Source: Lytechinus pictus
Taxonomy: Eukaryota
Assembly (NCBI RefSeq): GCF_037042905.1
Contig: NC_087245.1
Span: 2,978,001 to 3,042,000 of the forward strand
DNA: 64,000 nucleotides
Direction of reading: 5' to 3'
Part shown: positions 51,099-64,000 of the stretch, in pieces
Layout of the letters: every line of letters starts with the position of its first letter
How positions within the stretch are numbered: position 1 is the stretch's first letter
Notes under the pieces: model-generated
The model's input: only the letters and a program-made list of their open reading frames with translations
Told to the model about the DNA's origin: nothing
The model's database searches: none
Translations under genes and position numbers: made by a program

Positions 51099-54000
51099 TT
51101 TACTTTGTGTTAAATTTTATAGTCTTTGACCTTTTCGTCCGTTTGTGCTTTTCTTAACTATTATTTATTTAGCATTTTTGTTTTGGTTGACGTTTAAGCC
51201 ACCCAGGATTGTTACCTTCAGTTTAGGCATGTGACCTCCTTCTTTACCCTCGGTTGATATTCTATATTTTAGACTTTTTAAGTTGGTAAAATGGAGACAT
51301 AAAAGGAAGATGTAGCTTTCTAATCGTATATATTAAGCATGAATGTGCATATCAATGTGGTGATGTCATAGTTTATGTTACAGTATATCAATGGTTACAA
51401 ATAAGAATTTCTTGCACCTTGCATGTAATAATGGGTTGGAGTTGAGGGCTTGTATTGTATGTAAAGCAAACATATTTGCAGTTCAAAACTAATCTACACT
51501 GCTTGAATCTGTTTAGAGTCCGTTTTTATTGAGATGAATGGCTTTGAAACCATATTCACTCTGTATGGAATGAACGGTTTTTTAAACAGTTAACAGTGAT
51601 TCTCCTGTTACTGTTTTAATGTGTATACTCCCTGATCTAGCATTCTACATGATTTTTTTTAAAGAAATGTAGTATTAACAATTAAAATAAATGTTGTATA
51701 CAGTTTCCAGTTAACTTCCCTTCCTCCTCATTTCTGTCTCTAATAGTAGATTCCCATTTGTATACATGTATAGGGGAAGGCGGGGTAAGTTGAGCATAGG
51801 GGCAAGTTGAGCCACCACCCCCAGGCCAATAATGAATGAGTCAGACATTGTGGTGGTGTCATGTATTGATGACCCATTACATAACCCTTTACCCCACCAC
51901 ATTGTTTTCGACTTTGAAACAAAAAGTACTTTTTTAGAGGGAAAAATACAAATTTCAGCCAAAAAAGTAAAAAAAGGGTGTAAAATAGATAAGTGCTTTT
52001 TACCCACACACGTCTTTAAATATAATAAAGAAATAAGAACAATATTGTTAGTCCAGGTATGGATCTTCACTCTTGTCATAGTCTCTTACATGATGGATGG
52101 GTAAGAAATGTGCGGGTGCGAAATTTTCGCATTAAGTTTGGACAGGGGTACTTTGAGCCAGCCAACATGGGGCAAGTTGAGACATTGTAATTCTTGTGGT
52201 AATGTATAATAAAAATTAAAAAAACCTTGAAAAGCCATTGACATGCAGGCAGAAAGGTGCAAATTCACATGACAGTTCTTTTACTTTTAGAGGATGTTAG
52301 TATTTATATAGAATTAGCAAGTGAAAAGACTTGAAATAAAAAATTGACATTCTGGTTCTTCCCGCATACATTTTGTACGTAGTTTTTGTGGCTCAACTTA
52401 CCCCAGAAGGTGGCACAACTTACCCCACAGATGGGGCAAGTTTAGCCATTTGACATCGTGTTTTTCAAAGGTCACAATGAATTTCAGTGTGGGGGTAGAA
52501 AGTTATATATATGTGAAAAATATTTCCCAAGAATCAAATTTAAAGGCAAGGTACCTATTTCTACATTATTATTAGTCATATCAATTCGAACATGCAAAAT
52601 GCAAAAAGTGTCGCAACTTACCCCACCTTCCCCTACACTTTCTACTCCCCTTTCACTTACCAACTGTCCCGATCTTTTTTACCTTTCTATCACACATACT
52701 GATTACCTTGTACTCCACTCATTTATATTTCATAGACTCAATGGAATACAGTAATTCAAAATATTGGACGTGTTAGGACCAATATTGCATGACTCGATAG
52801 TGAATGCAATTTTGGTTTACAATGTAGGCCTATGGAAAATTTGTCAGATTTTGGTGTTCTTTGCAATAAACTCTAATTATGAACGTGGAAATACTGCAAA
52901 CAAAATATGCCTTTTTGGATGCACTGCTGTTATGCCCTATTTAGATATTTAATGTCTAATAATTTTCTTTACCAGCTTCCAAGAAACGTTACCCAAGGTT
53001 CCCTGATCCTCTAAAGAGGACAGGTAAGATCTTTGGAGGTTTGATCAATGATGTCAGACGTCGTTACCCTCACTATTGGTCTGATATCAAGGATGCATTC
53101 AACTTTCAGTGTATCGCTGCTTTCTTCTTCATATTCTTTGCTGCCCTTTCTCCAGCCATCACTTTTGGTGGCTTGTTAGGTGAGAAGCATCTTTAATTCC
53201 ATGACATCATAATATGTTCTGTCAAAAAAAGGAGGAATGTCAGTTCTCCCCCGTTCAGCTTCATGTCATATAAGTGATGCTGCCTTGTGAACAGAGCTAC
53301 TCATATAATATTGTCAGACTCACTGATCAATTCTGTATTGTATTACTTGGTTATGTATAAATATTCCTTTATATTGAAACATATAATATTGCTCAATTCT
53401 AGAATATTGAAGAACTTTTTAGGATGTACATGTGGTCAAGTAAACATTCTCTGAATGCTTCTTCTTTTGTCTACATATATTTGCTTCTTTCCTTGGTGAC
53501 ACCAATCATTCCTTGTGCTATTCCATTATCCATTAATTAAAACATGAAATTGCAATAATTTAGCTGAACATGAACATGCTACATTATAATAATTATTGAT
53601 TTTTTTTAAGGATGGGCTCATTGAAAGTCCAAATGGTCATTACCTTGAGATTTAATGTACTTCCAAATGTTTATATTTTCCTTTAGCTGACAAGACAGAG
53701 AACTGGGTTGGTGTATCAGAGACCATCATTGCCACAGCACTCAATGGATGTATCTTTGCATTGTTCTCTGCTCAGCCATTGACTATCGTGGGTGTGACTG
53801 GGCCTATTCTTGTCTTTGAAGAAAACCTGTATTCGGTGAGTTTCAAACTATATCATAATATTCTGATAAGAACTTGAAACTGTCTTCATCATATTACTGT
53901 TGTATAATACAAGGATTGTCAGGGTTTTTTTTTCACAAAGTAAAATGTATTTTGCCCTTTTATCCCCATTGGCATCAAATTTTCATCCATTTCTTAGGTT

Positions 54001-57000
54001 TGCTGAAAGACTTGATAAGGATATAAAATTTCAGTGTCAAAAGCTTACTAGACTCATCAGTCAATCTTGAATCTAGTTACAATACAGGCCAGGTTATATG
54101 ATACTGTAGCATATATGAATATGTAGGTATATCTAATTTACTATATTTTTTCATATTTTTCTTACCAAAATAGTTCTGTAGTGACCGCAACATTGAGTAC
54201 CTACCGTTCCGTGTTTGGGTCGGTATCTGGCTCTTTGTCATCATCACTGTCATGGTTGCATTTGAAGGGAGTGTTCTGGTTCAATACTTTACACGCTTTA
54301 CTGAAGAGATCTTTGCGTTCCTCATTGGTCTCATCTTTATCTATGAAGTGTTTGCCAAGCTGTATAAGGTGAGTCTCTAGATACGTATTCATTGCAGATC
54401 AAAATTAAACCTTTTTCTTATCTTTTCTGTTTAACTAAAAAAGACAGCATGCCTTGAGGATTTCTATACAATGGCAACACCATCAACACTGAGTAAAGAG
54501 AAGAATTCAAATGAAATATTACAGATAATATTTTATTTCAGTCTTTTGATACAGCCAACAAAGTGTGAAAATTCATATGGTGGACTGGAATATAGAGATA
54601 CTCTAAATATGCCTCATTGTATCTAGAGCACATACTCTCTTGTCTAAATATGCTTTTTTAGCATTCCATTAGTGTAACTCTCAAGATGATATTGTTCTTG
54701 CCCGTAATGTATGGTACCCTGCTCATATCAATGTTCTTCAAAGGAAAGACGTTGACTTGTGTTGTTTCCAAGTTTTGTTTCCTTGATTGCAAAATAAAGA
54801 AAATTCAGTTACTTAAACTGTAGTTGGAACTTGAATAAGATGTTATTCATTTCACCAGATTATCACAGTTTCTAAACCCATCCTTGAGCAAGCATCAATC
54901 TTGAAATAAAAAAAGAATAGATTAGAGTGTTCCTCACTTAATTTGTGAAAATTCTCAAAACAAAGATTTGATTTCTTAATAGATCATTTTAGCATGTCAC
55001 ATATCAATGCTTTCAACATTATTTCATCATTATTCATGTGATGATTGCACAGTAGATGATTTGATTACTCATCCTCAGATCTTCAATGCCCATCCTCTCC
55101 TTGAAGACTACTGTCTTATCCCTGGTACTGATGGATTCATGAACTATACAGAGGTCTGGACCAATTCCTATACAGAATACACCAATGAGAATGGAACTGT
55201 CATCTATAATCTTTCTGCTCCTGGCAACATGACAGGTAAATGATAGCTTGATTAGAAGAATAGTTTTCTTAATTGCAAAATATGTCATTGATAGTATGAA
55301 GAGGCAATATGAATTTGCAATCGATATTTACATAACACATTATTACTAGGATTTATTTTGATGCTATCCAATGTGTTCATATCATTTATTCAGTTATGGG
55401 TGATTGTTCTTCAAGCAAGAAGGTGATAGAGGGTCAACCAAACACTGCTCTCCTTTCTACCATTCTAACCCTTGGAACTTTCTTCTTAGCTTTCTTCCTT
55501 CGTAAATTCAGACAGGGACGTTTTCTCGGGAGGAGTGTAAGTGATCACAGATTCCTACTCTTCTTTTTTATTCATCATTTTCTACTTAATGTATTTTTGT
55601 CTATATGATTGTATTACAAAATTTAGGGGAAAAAATGAGAGAAAGGAAAAGATAAAAAAATTTAAGAAATAAAAATTGGTGTCTTTCTGTTTAATAGATG
55701 AGTTTAGAGTATAATTTCTTTTTTAATTTTAATTCTTACCTAACCTCTCAGTACTCATGCTATTAAAGTGTTCATCTAAATTGAGTAGGATATTTTTGCA
55801 GAGTGAATGTAATATTTGAAAATATCTTTATATCGTTATTGTTATATTATGTTGATGTTATATTGATAAAATTGGAAAATAATATTTTTTTTGTATTTTT
55901 TCAGGCAAGAAAAATGATTGGTGACTTTGGAATTCCCATTTCTATCCTGGTCTTTGTGATGGTTGACTTCTTCGTCAAGCCTACATACACACAGGTACAA
56001 ATAAAGTTTGAAAACTTCAGCTGAGTCGTATAAAAGAACAAGTTCTTTCTACTTGTTCATGATCAGTTTTTCATGACAGCATATCATTTCAACCATTTCA
56101 GTTTGGTTTGAAGCCCTTGGGATAAGTGTCTGTATGATAATTTAGATGTTTGCATATCATATGATTGTAGAATTAACTATATCATTTCAATTGAGAATAG
56201 TACTGAAAAGAAATATAAAGTGGTTTGTAGAAAAGAGGCCCGCTGACAAGAGTTCATTTCGAAGCTAATCTAAACGAAGATGCAGTCAAATTAGTGCATG
56301 GCTAGCATATGGCGATGCAACAATTATCTGTCACCATTAGCTTTTTTCTGCTTTGTAACATTTCAGGACAGTAATCAAGTAAGGATTGGATTTAGCAATC
56401 AAGCCTTGCTTTTAGTTCGAAATGTCATTCCCCCCCCCCCTTTGAAAACTGTTTGATGCATATATTAATCAGTTGTTTGAGACCACATTCCCTCAAGCAT
56501 ACAATTTAGTGTGATCCCTTTCTTATCTTTGTCTTATAGAAACTTGATGTTCCTGATGGTCTGAAGCCATCTGATGTCTGCAAACGTGGTTGGTTTGTTA
56601 ACCCTCTTGGTATCGACAAACCTCTTGGTATCGGTCTCATGTTTGCTGCTTGCATCCCCGCTCTTCTTGCTTTCATCCTCATGTACATGGAAACACTCAT
56701 CACTGGGTATGCTCACCAAGTCATTGTTCTTTTCCTACTTTTTATGATTCTTTTTCTTTTGGCAAACCAGACTCTCTTGGTAATTTTAAAAGAGTTTTCC
56801 TTTTATCGATAGATTTTATGATGGCGTGTACAAAAAAATAAACTAGAAATTGCATTTTTTCGATTATTCTCGGATATAGGGTTACATTTTTCCCGAAAGA
56901 AATTTTTATGGCTTTACTATAATATGAGTTGAAGAACCAATAAAGTGGATCTAGGCTCTTTTGAACCAATAAAGTGGATCTAAGCTCTTTTTGTAAGCTC

Positions 57001-59828
57001 TTTTTTATGTACCAATTGAAAGCCATCCTGTTGTAGGAGAATTTTCTTACTAGCCCTTGTAAACATCACATATTTAGTGGTCATAAATTATATGTTCTCA
57101 TTATCTTGATAACACAAATTCAAATCTGCAATTGCAAGATTTTGGAGGCATTCATTAGGATATATGATACATAGATGAATTTAACCTCATTGATGCCTGT
57201 AATACTTTGTAAAGGGTAACAATACTGACATAAACTCATCATTTTGTTTGCAGACTGATCATTAATAAGAAGGATAACAAGATGAAGAAGGGTTCTGGAT
57301 ATCATTTAGACACCTTCCTCATTGGTTGCATGGCTGTTTGGAATGGTCTGCTAGGATTACCTCTGGTATGGGCTGCTACTGTCAGGTCAGTCACCCACAT
57401 TGGTGCTCTCTCTGTCTTCAGCAAGTCACATGCTCCAGGAGAAAAACCAAAACTTATCAAAGTCCTGGAACAGAGGCTCACCGCTCTATTCATCCACATT
57501 GTTATTGGTAAGCTTGCTCTTGATGCTAGATGAATGGAAGGATATATTAGGTAGTTAACATGAAAGTTCAACTTCTAGAAATTTGTGACTGTTGCGTAAA
57601 AGGCATAATGGTAGCACGATCTCCCTTTGAAATGTTCTTTTGAGCTATGTCATTGAAATATGTTCAGGGATTATTATTATTATTATTATTTATTTCGCCA
57701 TAAAAAACATACAAAAATTGTACAATGTAATTACATAAATACAATTTGAAATTGAATAATTTAATATGGATAAAGTAGAAATGAAATAGAAGAAGAAAAG
57801 AGTAAGAAAATGGTTTTTCCATGGGCCAGGGCTCGCAAAAGTAAAATTCAGTACTATTGCCCAGAGGCATGCGAGCCCTCATGGAAAAACCGTTGAGAGA
57901 ATATTGCACATTCAATATACAAAATTGCACATTATTAAAATTCAAATAAAACACATTGACAAACATTATTTTAAAAAGTATGTTATGCCAGGCAAGATAA
58001 AAGAAATAAAGAGGGGTATTGGGAAGAATTTGAATACGCATGCCGGACTGATTAAAGAATGTGTGTAATGCTTAACATAACATAGCACAAAAATAACTTA
58101 GTGATATGCAGCGAGGCTTGTTTTGTGTTGAATAAAACACTAGTTTGTGTAGTTTTTCTTAGAATAATGTGTGTCTAATATGAAAGTTTGACAATTATTA
58201 CAAAAACTTTAAGCAATGGAGAGATTTATGGATAAGCATTTAGACCTACTGCACGTTTGTCCTTCAATACTTGTTTCTCTTTGACGCCCATACAGGTGCA
58301 TCCATTGCCATCTCTCCCCTCCTTCGTAAAGTTCCTCTTGCTGTTCTCTTTGGTGTATTCCTCTACATGGGTGTTACATCACTCAATGGTATCCAGATGG
58401 TTGAGAGAGCCAGTCTTCTATTCATGCCTGTCAAACATCATCCAGATACACGCTATGTTAGGGAGGTAGGTACCCATCACAGTCCCTGTTTTGTCAAACA
58501 CTTCATTGATTGCTCCTTGCCAAGCAGATAAATTGCTTTAAGAAAATGAGTGGAGATTTATATTGTATTGTTTATGAGGTCAGATAGAGATGAAACTAGT
58601 GTATGCTTGTTGGATTGATCCATCAAACCCATTCTTTGATCATTGTGAGAACGGAAATGGGTGGGTGGACGACAATAAAACAATAAACAATTTAGTGACT
58701 CAGCAATGGAAGGTAAGTGGTGCATATTAGGGAAGCTGTTGAGTACACATTTCATTTAATTTCAAAGAAAGAACACAACGGATTGGAATGGGGGTGTGAG
58801 GACCAGATCAATAATTCAAGGATAAAAAGTTTGCAAAAGTGAATTTGGTTTTGGTTGAGTAAGTGATAAAATAGTGATGAATTTTGTTCATCAGGGGAAG
58901 TCGAAGACTTGGTTTCAAAATGTAGTATGGAGTTTTCATAAGTTAGATGAATACTATGAATGAAGTATGTCTGCAAAATGGAAATTAAAGTTAATTTTGC
59001 TAATTTTTTTCATTAAGTATTTACAAAAAGTTACTTCATTTATGCTCAATTGTGAACCAACATAGTATGAGTTTTGAATGTAGATATGTTTGATCATTCC
59101 TTTCTCAACCTAGGTTCGTACATGGAGGATGCATGTCTTTACTATCATCCAGCTATCATGTCTAGCTATCCTTTGGATCATCAAACTCACCCCAGCTGCC
59201 CTTGCTTTCTCATTCTTCCTCATCCTCCTTGTTCCTATCCGTAGTCAGTTGAAGAGGATCTTTACTAAGCAGGAATTAGATGCGGTACGTATATTTTTGG
59301 CCTCTATTGTTTTGTATTCAGAAAGAATTCTTGTATAGAGTATATCATGTGCTTAAAATGTATCTTGTAACACTCCTTGTTTGTTGACTGGATTTCTCAT
59401 GGGATAGTGTCCTTCACCGATCTTACTTCTAGGATAGCAAACTTGATAGGAATTGAATTTTTATTACCAGTGTAATAATAAAATTGCATGAACTTTCACT
59501 TAAAAATACAATATTAAGCGCTATACCAATGTAGATAATATATCCTGGTATATATTCACTTCATTTGGGTCAAAATGCGGAATGGAAAAATACCAAATGA
59601 TATCATTGTTTTGTGTATTTGGGTATCAATTGCCAAATGGTGTGTGGGGGGTATAAAATGCCAAATGATATAGTGTATATGTCAAATGCAACATAAGGTT
59701 TCTTAATGAATGATCTATTTACATAAATCTTTTCATCCTTTTTTTTTTCTCAACAGCTTGATAGTGAAGAGGTAGATGCTAATGATGATGAAGACGATGA
59801 GTATCAGACCGTTCACATGCCTCAGTAG
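37109..59828 (+). CDS. SLC4A2-like: SLC4 anion exchanger, AE2/band 3-like (paralog 2), 23 coding exons, 1243 aa
   Basis: Exons: 37109-37141 (ATG), 37507-37642, 39271-39488, 42199-42302, 43707-43915, 44640-44800, 45253-45433, 45918-46053, 47381-47467, 48660-48738, 49683-50084, 50411-50624, 52976-53179, 53687-53835, 54174-54368, 55079-55235, 55394-55536, 55905-55994, 56540-56706, 57254-57507, 58296-58465, 59114-59284, 59757-59828 (TAG). Total 3732 nt, in frame. AE2/AE3-like N-terminal motifs ([28 protein letters not shown]), plus [46 protein letters not shown] and C-terminus [10 protein letters not shown]. The N-terminal exons are less certain than the core. Confidence 0.93.
42377..43345. repeat. 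Intronic minisatellite, 17 x 57 bp
   Basis: Unit CAGCTTGTCTATTATAACAAGCAGTTATTGAGAATGGTAGGGGAGGGGATAACAGAC; 17 copies with only 5 single-base variants seen. Confidence 0.97.
44375..44523 (+). mobile_element. 3' end of an L2/Crack-like LINE with (TTGAA)n tail
   Basis: GGAGG..CCTCC stem-loop, then AATAAA and TTGAA repeats. Confidence 0.5.
44902..45058 (-). mobile_element. 5'-truncated SINE with (TAT)n tail
   Basis: Minus strand reads AATGGGTACCCGGCAGG ... GGGTAAATATACCGC(TAT)n. AATGGGTAC is a motif I recognise from tRNA-derived SINE central domains; the tRNA head is missing. Confidence 0.6.
48045..48261. mobile_element. Tc1/mariner-type MITE
   Basis: TA|CAGTGGTGCTCAAAAGTAAGTGAACCCCACCACAAAATG ... 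CATTTTGTGGTGGGGTTCATTAACTTTTGAGTACAAC. Confidence 0.75.
51773..52633. mobile_element. Non-autonomous TIR transposon with TA flanks
   Basis: TA|GGGGAAGGCGGGGTAAGTTG ... CAACTTACCCCACCTTCCCC|TA; internal GGGGCAAGTTGAG repeats in both orientations. Confidence 0.82.
57670..58060 (-). mobile_element. Degenerate LINE 3' end with (AAT)n tail
   Basis: (TTA)n at 57670-57692 and a GC-rich stem-loop GGGCTCGC..GCGAGCCC at 57828-57880, the same layout as the LINE at 21401. Confidence 0.5.
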
Positions 59829-62800
59829 AGGTCAAAGGTAATTTGAGGGTCCATCAAAAAGCATATTGAATTTTTGCTGCCATTAACAGTACATAAGATA
59901 TCCTTCCATGGGATTTCTTTTAAGAAATTAAATGCCATTGACCATTGTAAATCAACAGATGTTAAAGATTCAGAGGTTGTGTGAGGTTTAAAGGTCATAA
60001 TAACCTTTGTAACGTCATTTGTAAGCAGGTGGTGTATCAAGATAGATTTGTACTATCAAGAGCTTCATGTCTACAACTGCCTTCTAGTCTTTTCCATGAA
60101 GAAGATATTTTGATTGTTTGAGGATTTATAACGTTAAAAATTTTGAGAAAATGAATGTTTGCTTGAGATGAATCAATGGAGTTGTGATGATAGTGATAGC
60201 ATGGAGGATACATTCTCAAGGACTTTAATGTATATGAATAAATGAACAATTTATGAAACAGTATTTTTAATCTTTTTAATAATTACATCAAAATATGCCG
60301 TCCAATAGTCTTCACGGACATATAAGCTGTTACAAAGTCACTTAATGATGTACGTATTTTAAATTTATGATTTTTAAGGGCATATTCATGGCATTTAGTA
60401 AAATATAATATATGATGTGCTGGTACCTTGTACAAAGAAAAATATATTTCTCTTCATCTTGACATAAAACGTAGCAAACCACAAAATAAATATATTGTAA
60501 ATGTATGTAGTACATATGATTTCTTGGCAGTATTGTTTGTGAAAAATTGATATCTGTTTCATATCACATTTCAACCAAATAATTGTGCAAGAAAACCCCA
60601 AACCTCCAATCATCTACCGTCTTCAAAACAGGGTCTTACAAACAATTTTATCACGGAAGGAAAGCCATATCCATGCAGCATTTCACTGTTGCAGATATCA
60701 CTTTGCTTGACCATACTATCTATTGAGAGACAAAGAGATATAATTCTCTCGTGATTTGGTTTATCACCCTTTTGGTGCCAAAGAGATGATATGTATTGTG
60801 TGAGGAGAATTCCTCTCCAGCCCTCTGTTGATGGTGAAGTCTGGACCATCCAAATAAAATTACCCTATGATAAGTCTACAGACCATCAAACCTAAATACT
60901 GATTGGTATAAGCCTGTCGATTTTGTTACAGTCTTTAGAAGCACAATCTGATTCAATAAAGACTTGTCCGACAGAATTGTTTCATTTCGATATTCATGTT
61001 TGATTACATATCAAGCTGCGTTTCAGTGTTTGTATATTCTCGCACAAACTCCTAGTATCAGGCTTTGATAATAGTTACATGATATACGGTATATCTATGT
61101 ATGCTTTGTAACAATTCTGTATTATGAATTACTACTTGTGACCGGAAATGTGCATACAGAACAGTATTATTCATAAATCTTCAACTCTTTCTTTTTAGTA
61201 CTTCTTTTCTACTCAGTCTTCAGTACTACGCAATTCAAATATTAAAATTAAAAGAGCATTAGGTTCGTACAGAGGCTTGAATAAAAAAAAGTAGAGTAAA
61301 TGTAACAAAATGTGGGTTTTTTTTTTCTTTGCATATATTGTATTTTAAAAGTGATGAAATAATGCTTATGTAGCAAAGTAATCTTTCTTAAAACATTCAC
61401 ACTTTGAATGAAATTTTGTCCCAAATTTCTTTGTTATTTGTTAAAACAATGATGACTTAAAAGTATAAAGAAACCTTAATGATGTGGAAGCTATTATTCA
61501 TTTTACTGGATTTTACAATCTCACCAGAATACTCATTAAGCAATGTTAAGATAAAACAAATTACTTACAGTGAGTGTATATATGTCATTGCTTGCTTTCT
61601 TTCCACTGAAATTATAATGTTTGTAGAAGCCTTTTCTCTAGAAAACTTTTTTTAAGTGTGAAATTTTGCAAATTTATAATTTGATTTGTGACAGTGTGTT
61701 TAAGTAGTATTTTTTGTTGATAAATATTTTCATTTATTTTTTTTCTACAGACTCCCAATAAAACATTGTTCAAAAGGTGCTTTCATTAAATAAATTTATT
61801 TGATTTCATGTATATATAATTCAAATTATTTTTGTATCTATTAATTTACTGAAGCTTGTAAATTATATATTTATTGATATTTTACGCAACTATCTTTCAC
61901 TTATTGTTTTCATTGTGAGTTGACCTAATAGTTTATGATAAATTAAAAATGTTAGTCGCAAAATTTAAAATGCTTTAACACCTAGTGCTTAAAACTGAAA
62001 TAGGGATTTGAAATGAATTCAATATACATAAAATTGAACAAACAGGACTGAATTACTGAATATTTGCTGAAATTTCATTATTAGTATTATCTTTATGTCA
62101 ATATTTTATTTCATCACATAACCCCATTTTTCCTTTCCAATATGTTTGTAGATTTATGTTTGTTGCACTACAATTTTTTTTTCATACTACACTACATCAT
62201 ATTTGTGTTGAAATGTGAGGATACTAAAGTAGGCCTGTACATACATATATACACAAAAAAAAATTTGCTAAAATTTGCATCGTGACATTAACTGATTTTG
62301 TTTGTTCTTATTTTTTTAGTTGACCTGATTCACATGTCTTCTAACATTAGAAAACATTATGTATATATTGCAATGAAGTCTTTTGAGGCTAAATGTGACA
62401 TAGACACATATAGAGCATTTCTAAAATGAGACCACTTTACGTGTATCTATAATGGTCACATTTTCTGTCTGCTTTGAACTGCCATAATAGAGAAGTTTGA
62501 CAAATCCTTGACTTTTAGTATACTATGGTTCTTTGAAGGCATTTGGGATGTAAAATATTTTGATAGGATATAAAAGGGGATTTAAAAGAGGTATAATGGT
62601 TTGTGTGTGATAAACAGGATGCCAAATTAGAGGAAGCATTGTTTGAATAGAGCAGAACTTTAAATTAAATTTAATCTTATTTATGAAAATGTACTACTCT
62701 ACAATATTTATGTTAATAAATGTATATAGGAGCTCTCATCTTGCTTTTCATGTCCATGAGAAAAATACATCTTTTAAAATTGGAATTGTTTGTTTAGTAA

Positions 62801-63660
62801 TGCATAGTTTCTTTTATTGGATGCCATCTTATTTTTTTTCTAGCTCTAATTACTCAGAATAATGTGCGACATTTTCTGGAAGAACAATCTAAAATATCTG
62901 CTTGATCTTTAATTATGTCTATGTTGATATTATGCATACATTTGAAATAATGCGATTCTATAGATGCTATTTTTGTATATTAAAGATTGTAATATTCTAT
63001 ATTTCATTTATTGATGCAAGCAGTATATTGTTTTGTTTACAAATTCAAATTGCTTGATCGGAGTTTGGTTTGGGAAATTTCATAAATTGTTCGCAATAAA
63101 GGTGTTTGTATGTGCTTTTTTTTTTTTTTTTGCACAAGATTATTAAATGAAATGGAAAATATTTAATGTGTTTTAGTATTAGTTTGTTGTAAAATAGTAC
63201 AAGTTGAAATGTTGTTTATTAAAAAGACCAGGCAATATCTGTTATAGTATATAGTCTGTGGATTCGCAGTTAGAGATTGCATTCATCATCTGGCTCTCTG
63301 ATTAACCCGAAATTCTTGCTGCAGCTCTGATCCATCTACGTCATAATAGAAAAATTTCGGAAAATACATAAAGCACGTTATTCATGCAATCGAGGCATTA
63401 TTAAACACTAGTGCATACATCAAATACCTGATTACGCAACTTTTAAGCAGTGAGAGATGTCACCTTAGTGAATACAATGCCGCAATTGACAATACAACAC
63501 AGTTATTTTCACTGAGGTGACGTCAAAACCTAGAATATAACAAATGTGATCCTCGTAGCTTTGGTCACGTGATGACGTATTGACCTATCACTGATTCGAA
63601 TCTACATAACCTATGTAATAAAAAGCAAATATAAACTCCTCAAAAAAAGTCTGGAAATCT

Positions 63661-64000
63661 GACTTTGATCGATAATCCCTCCTCGGTTTTAGTAAATATC
63701 AATGTGTAATTAATATCAATGAATAGATCATTTAAATGTCTTTAAAATGATACCCTACATCATATGATTATGGTTCACATGGAGGTACAAATAATGCCTT
63801 GAATGTGGGGCAAGGTCAAAATTCAAAAGTTGCAAAATGACACAATATTGAAAGTCACTGTTCTTTTTTCTGTGGTGATGAGTGAGTTTCTCAGTGGTTT
63901 CTTTTGACTTTGATCAATAATCCCTCCTCGGTTTTGGTAAATATCAATGTTTCATTAATATTAATGAATAGATCATTTAATTCACTTTTAAATGATACCC
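63661..64000. repeat. Direct repeat, period about 245 bp, running off the window end
   Basis: GACTTTGATC.ATAATCCCTCCTCGGTTTT.GTAAATATCAATGT...AATGATACCC at 63661-63755 and 63906-64000. Confidence 0.8.

Noticed and set aside
56934..56992. 29-bp tandem duplication in an intron
   Set aside because: Two copies only; ordinary slippage with no sign of function.
802..59828. The two genes as a haplotype or assembly duplication, or paralog 1 as a pseudogene
   Set aside because: The proteins are far too diverged, intron positions differ, introns are unrelated, and both frames are intact.

Overview
AT-rich, intron-containing animal genomic DNA; the repeat landscape suggests a marine invertebrate deuterostome such as a sea urchin, but that is an inference. 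The window holds two tandem, same-strand SLC4 anion-exchanger (AE2/band-3-like) genes. Gene 1 is 5'-incomplete, with 16 coding exons in 802-15093 (about 1021 aa visible). Gene 2 looks complete, with 23 coding exons in 37109-59828 (1243 aa by my splice model). Both splice in frame with canonical GT-AG introns. The paralogs differ at functional sites (C-terminal sorting motifs, stilbene-binding lysines, TM3 residue, pH-sensor motif) and at three intron positions. The intergenic region contains a three-layer transposon nest: a TIR element holding a Penelope-like GIY-YIG retroelement with a degenerate minimal hammerhead ribozyme, which in turn holds a 5'-truncated L2/CR1 LINE. Also present are many MITEs, a P-element-like insertion, long hairpins and a young 17 x 57-bp intronic minisatellite. 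I found no prokaryotic system or CRISPR array, and no clearly new biological system. All calls come from manual reading, without database searches.
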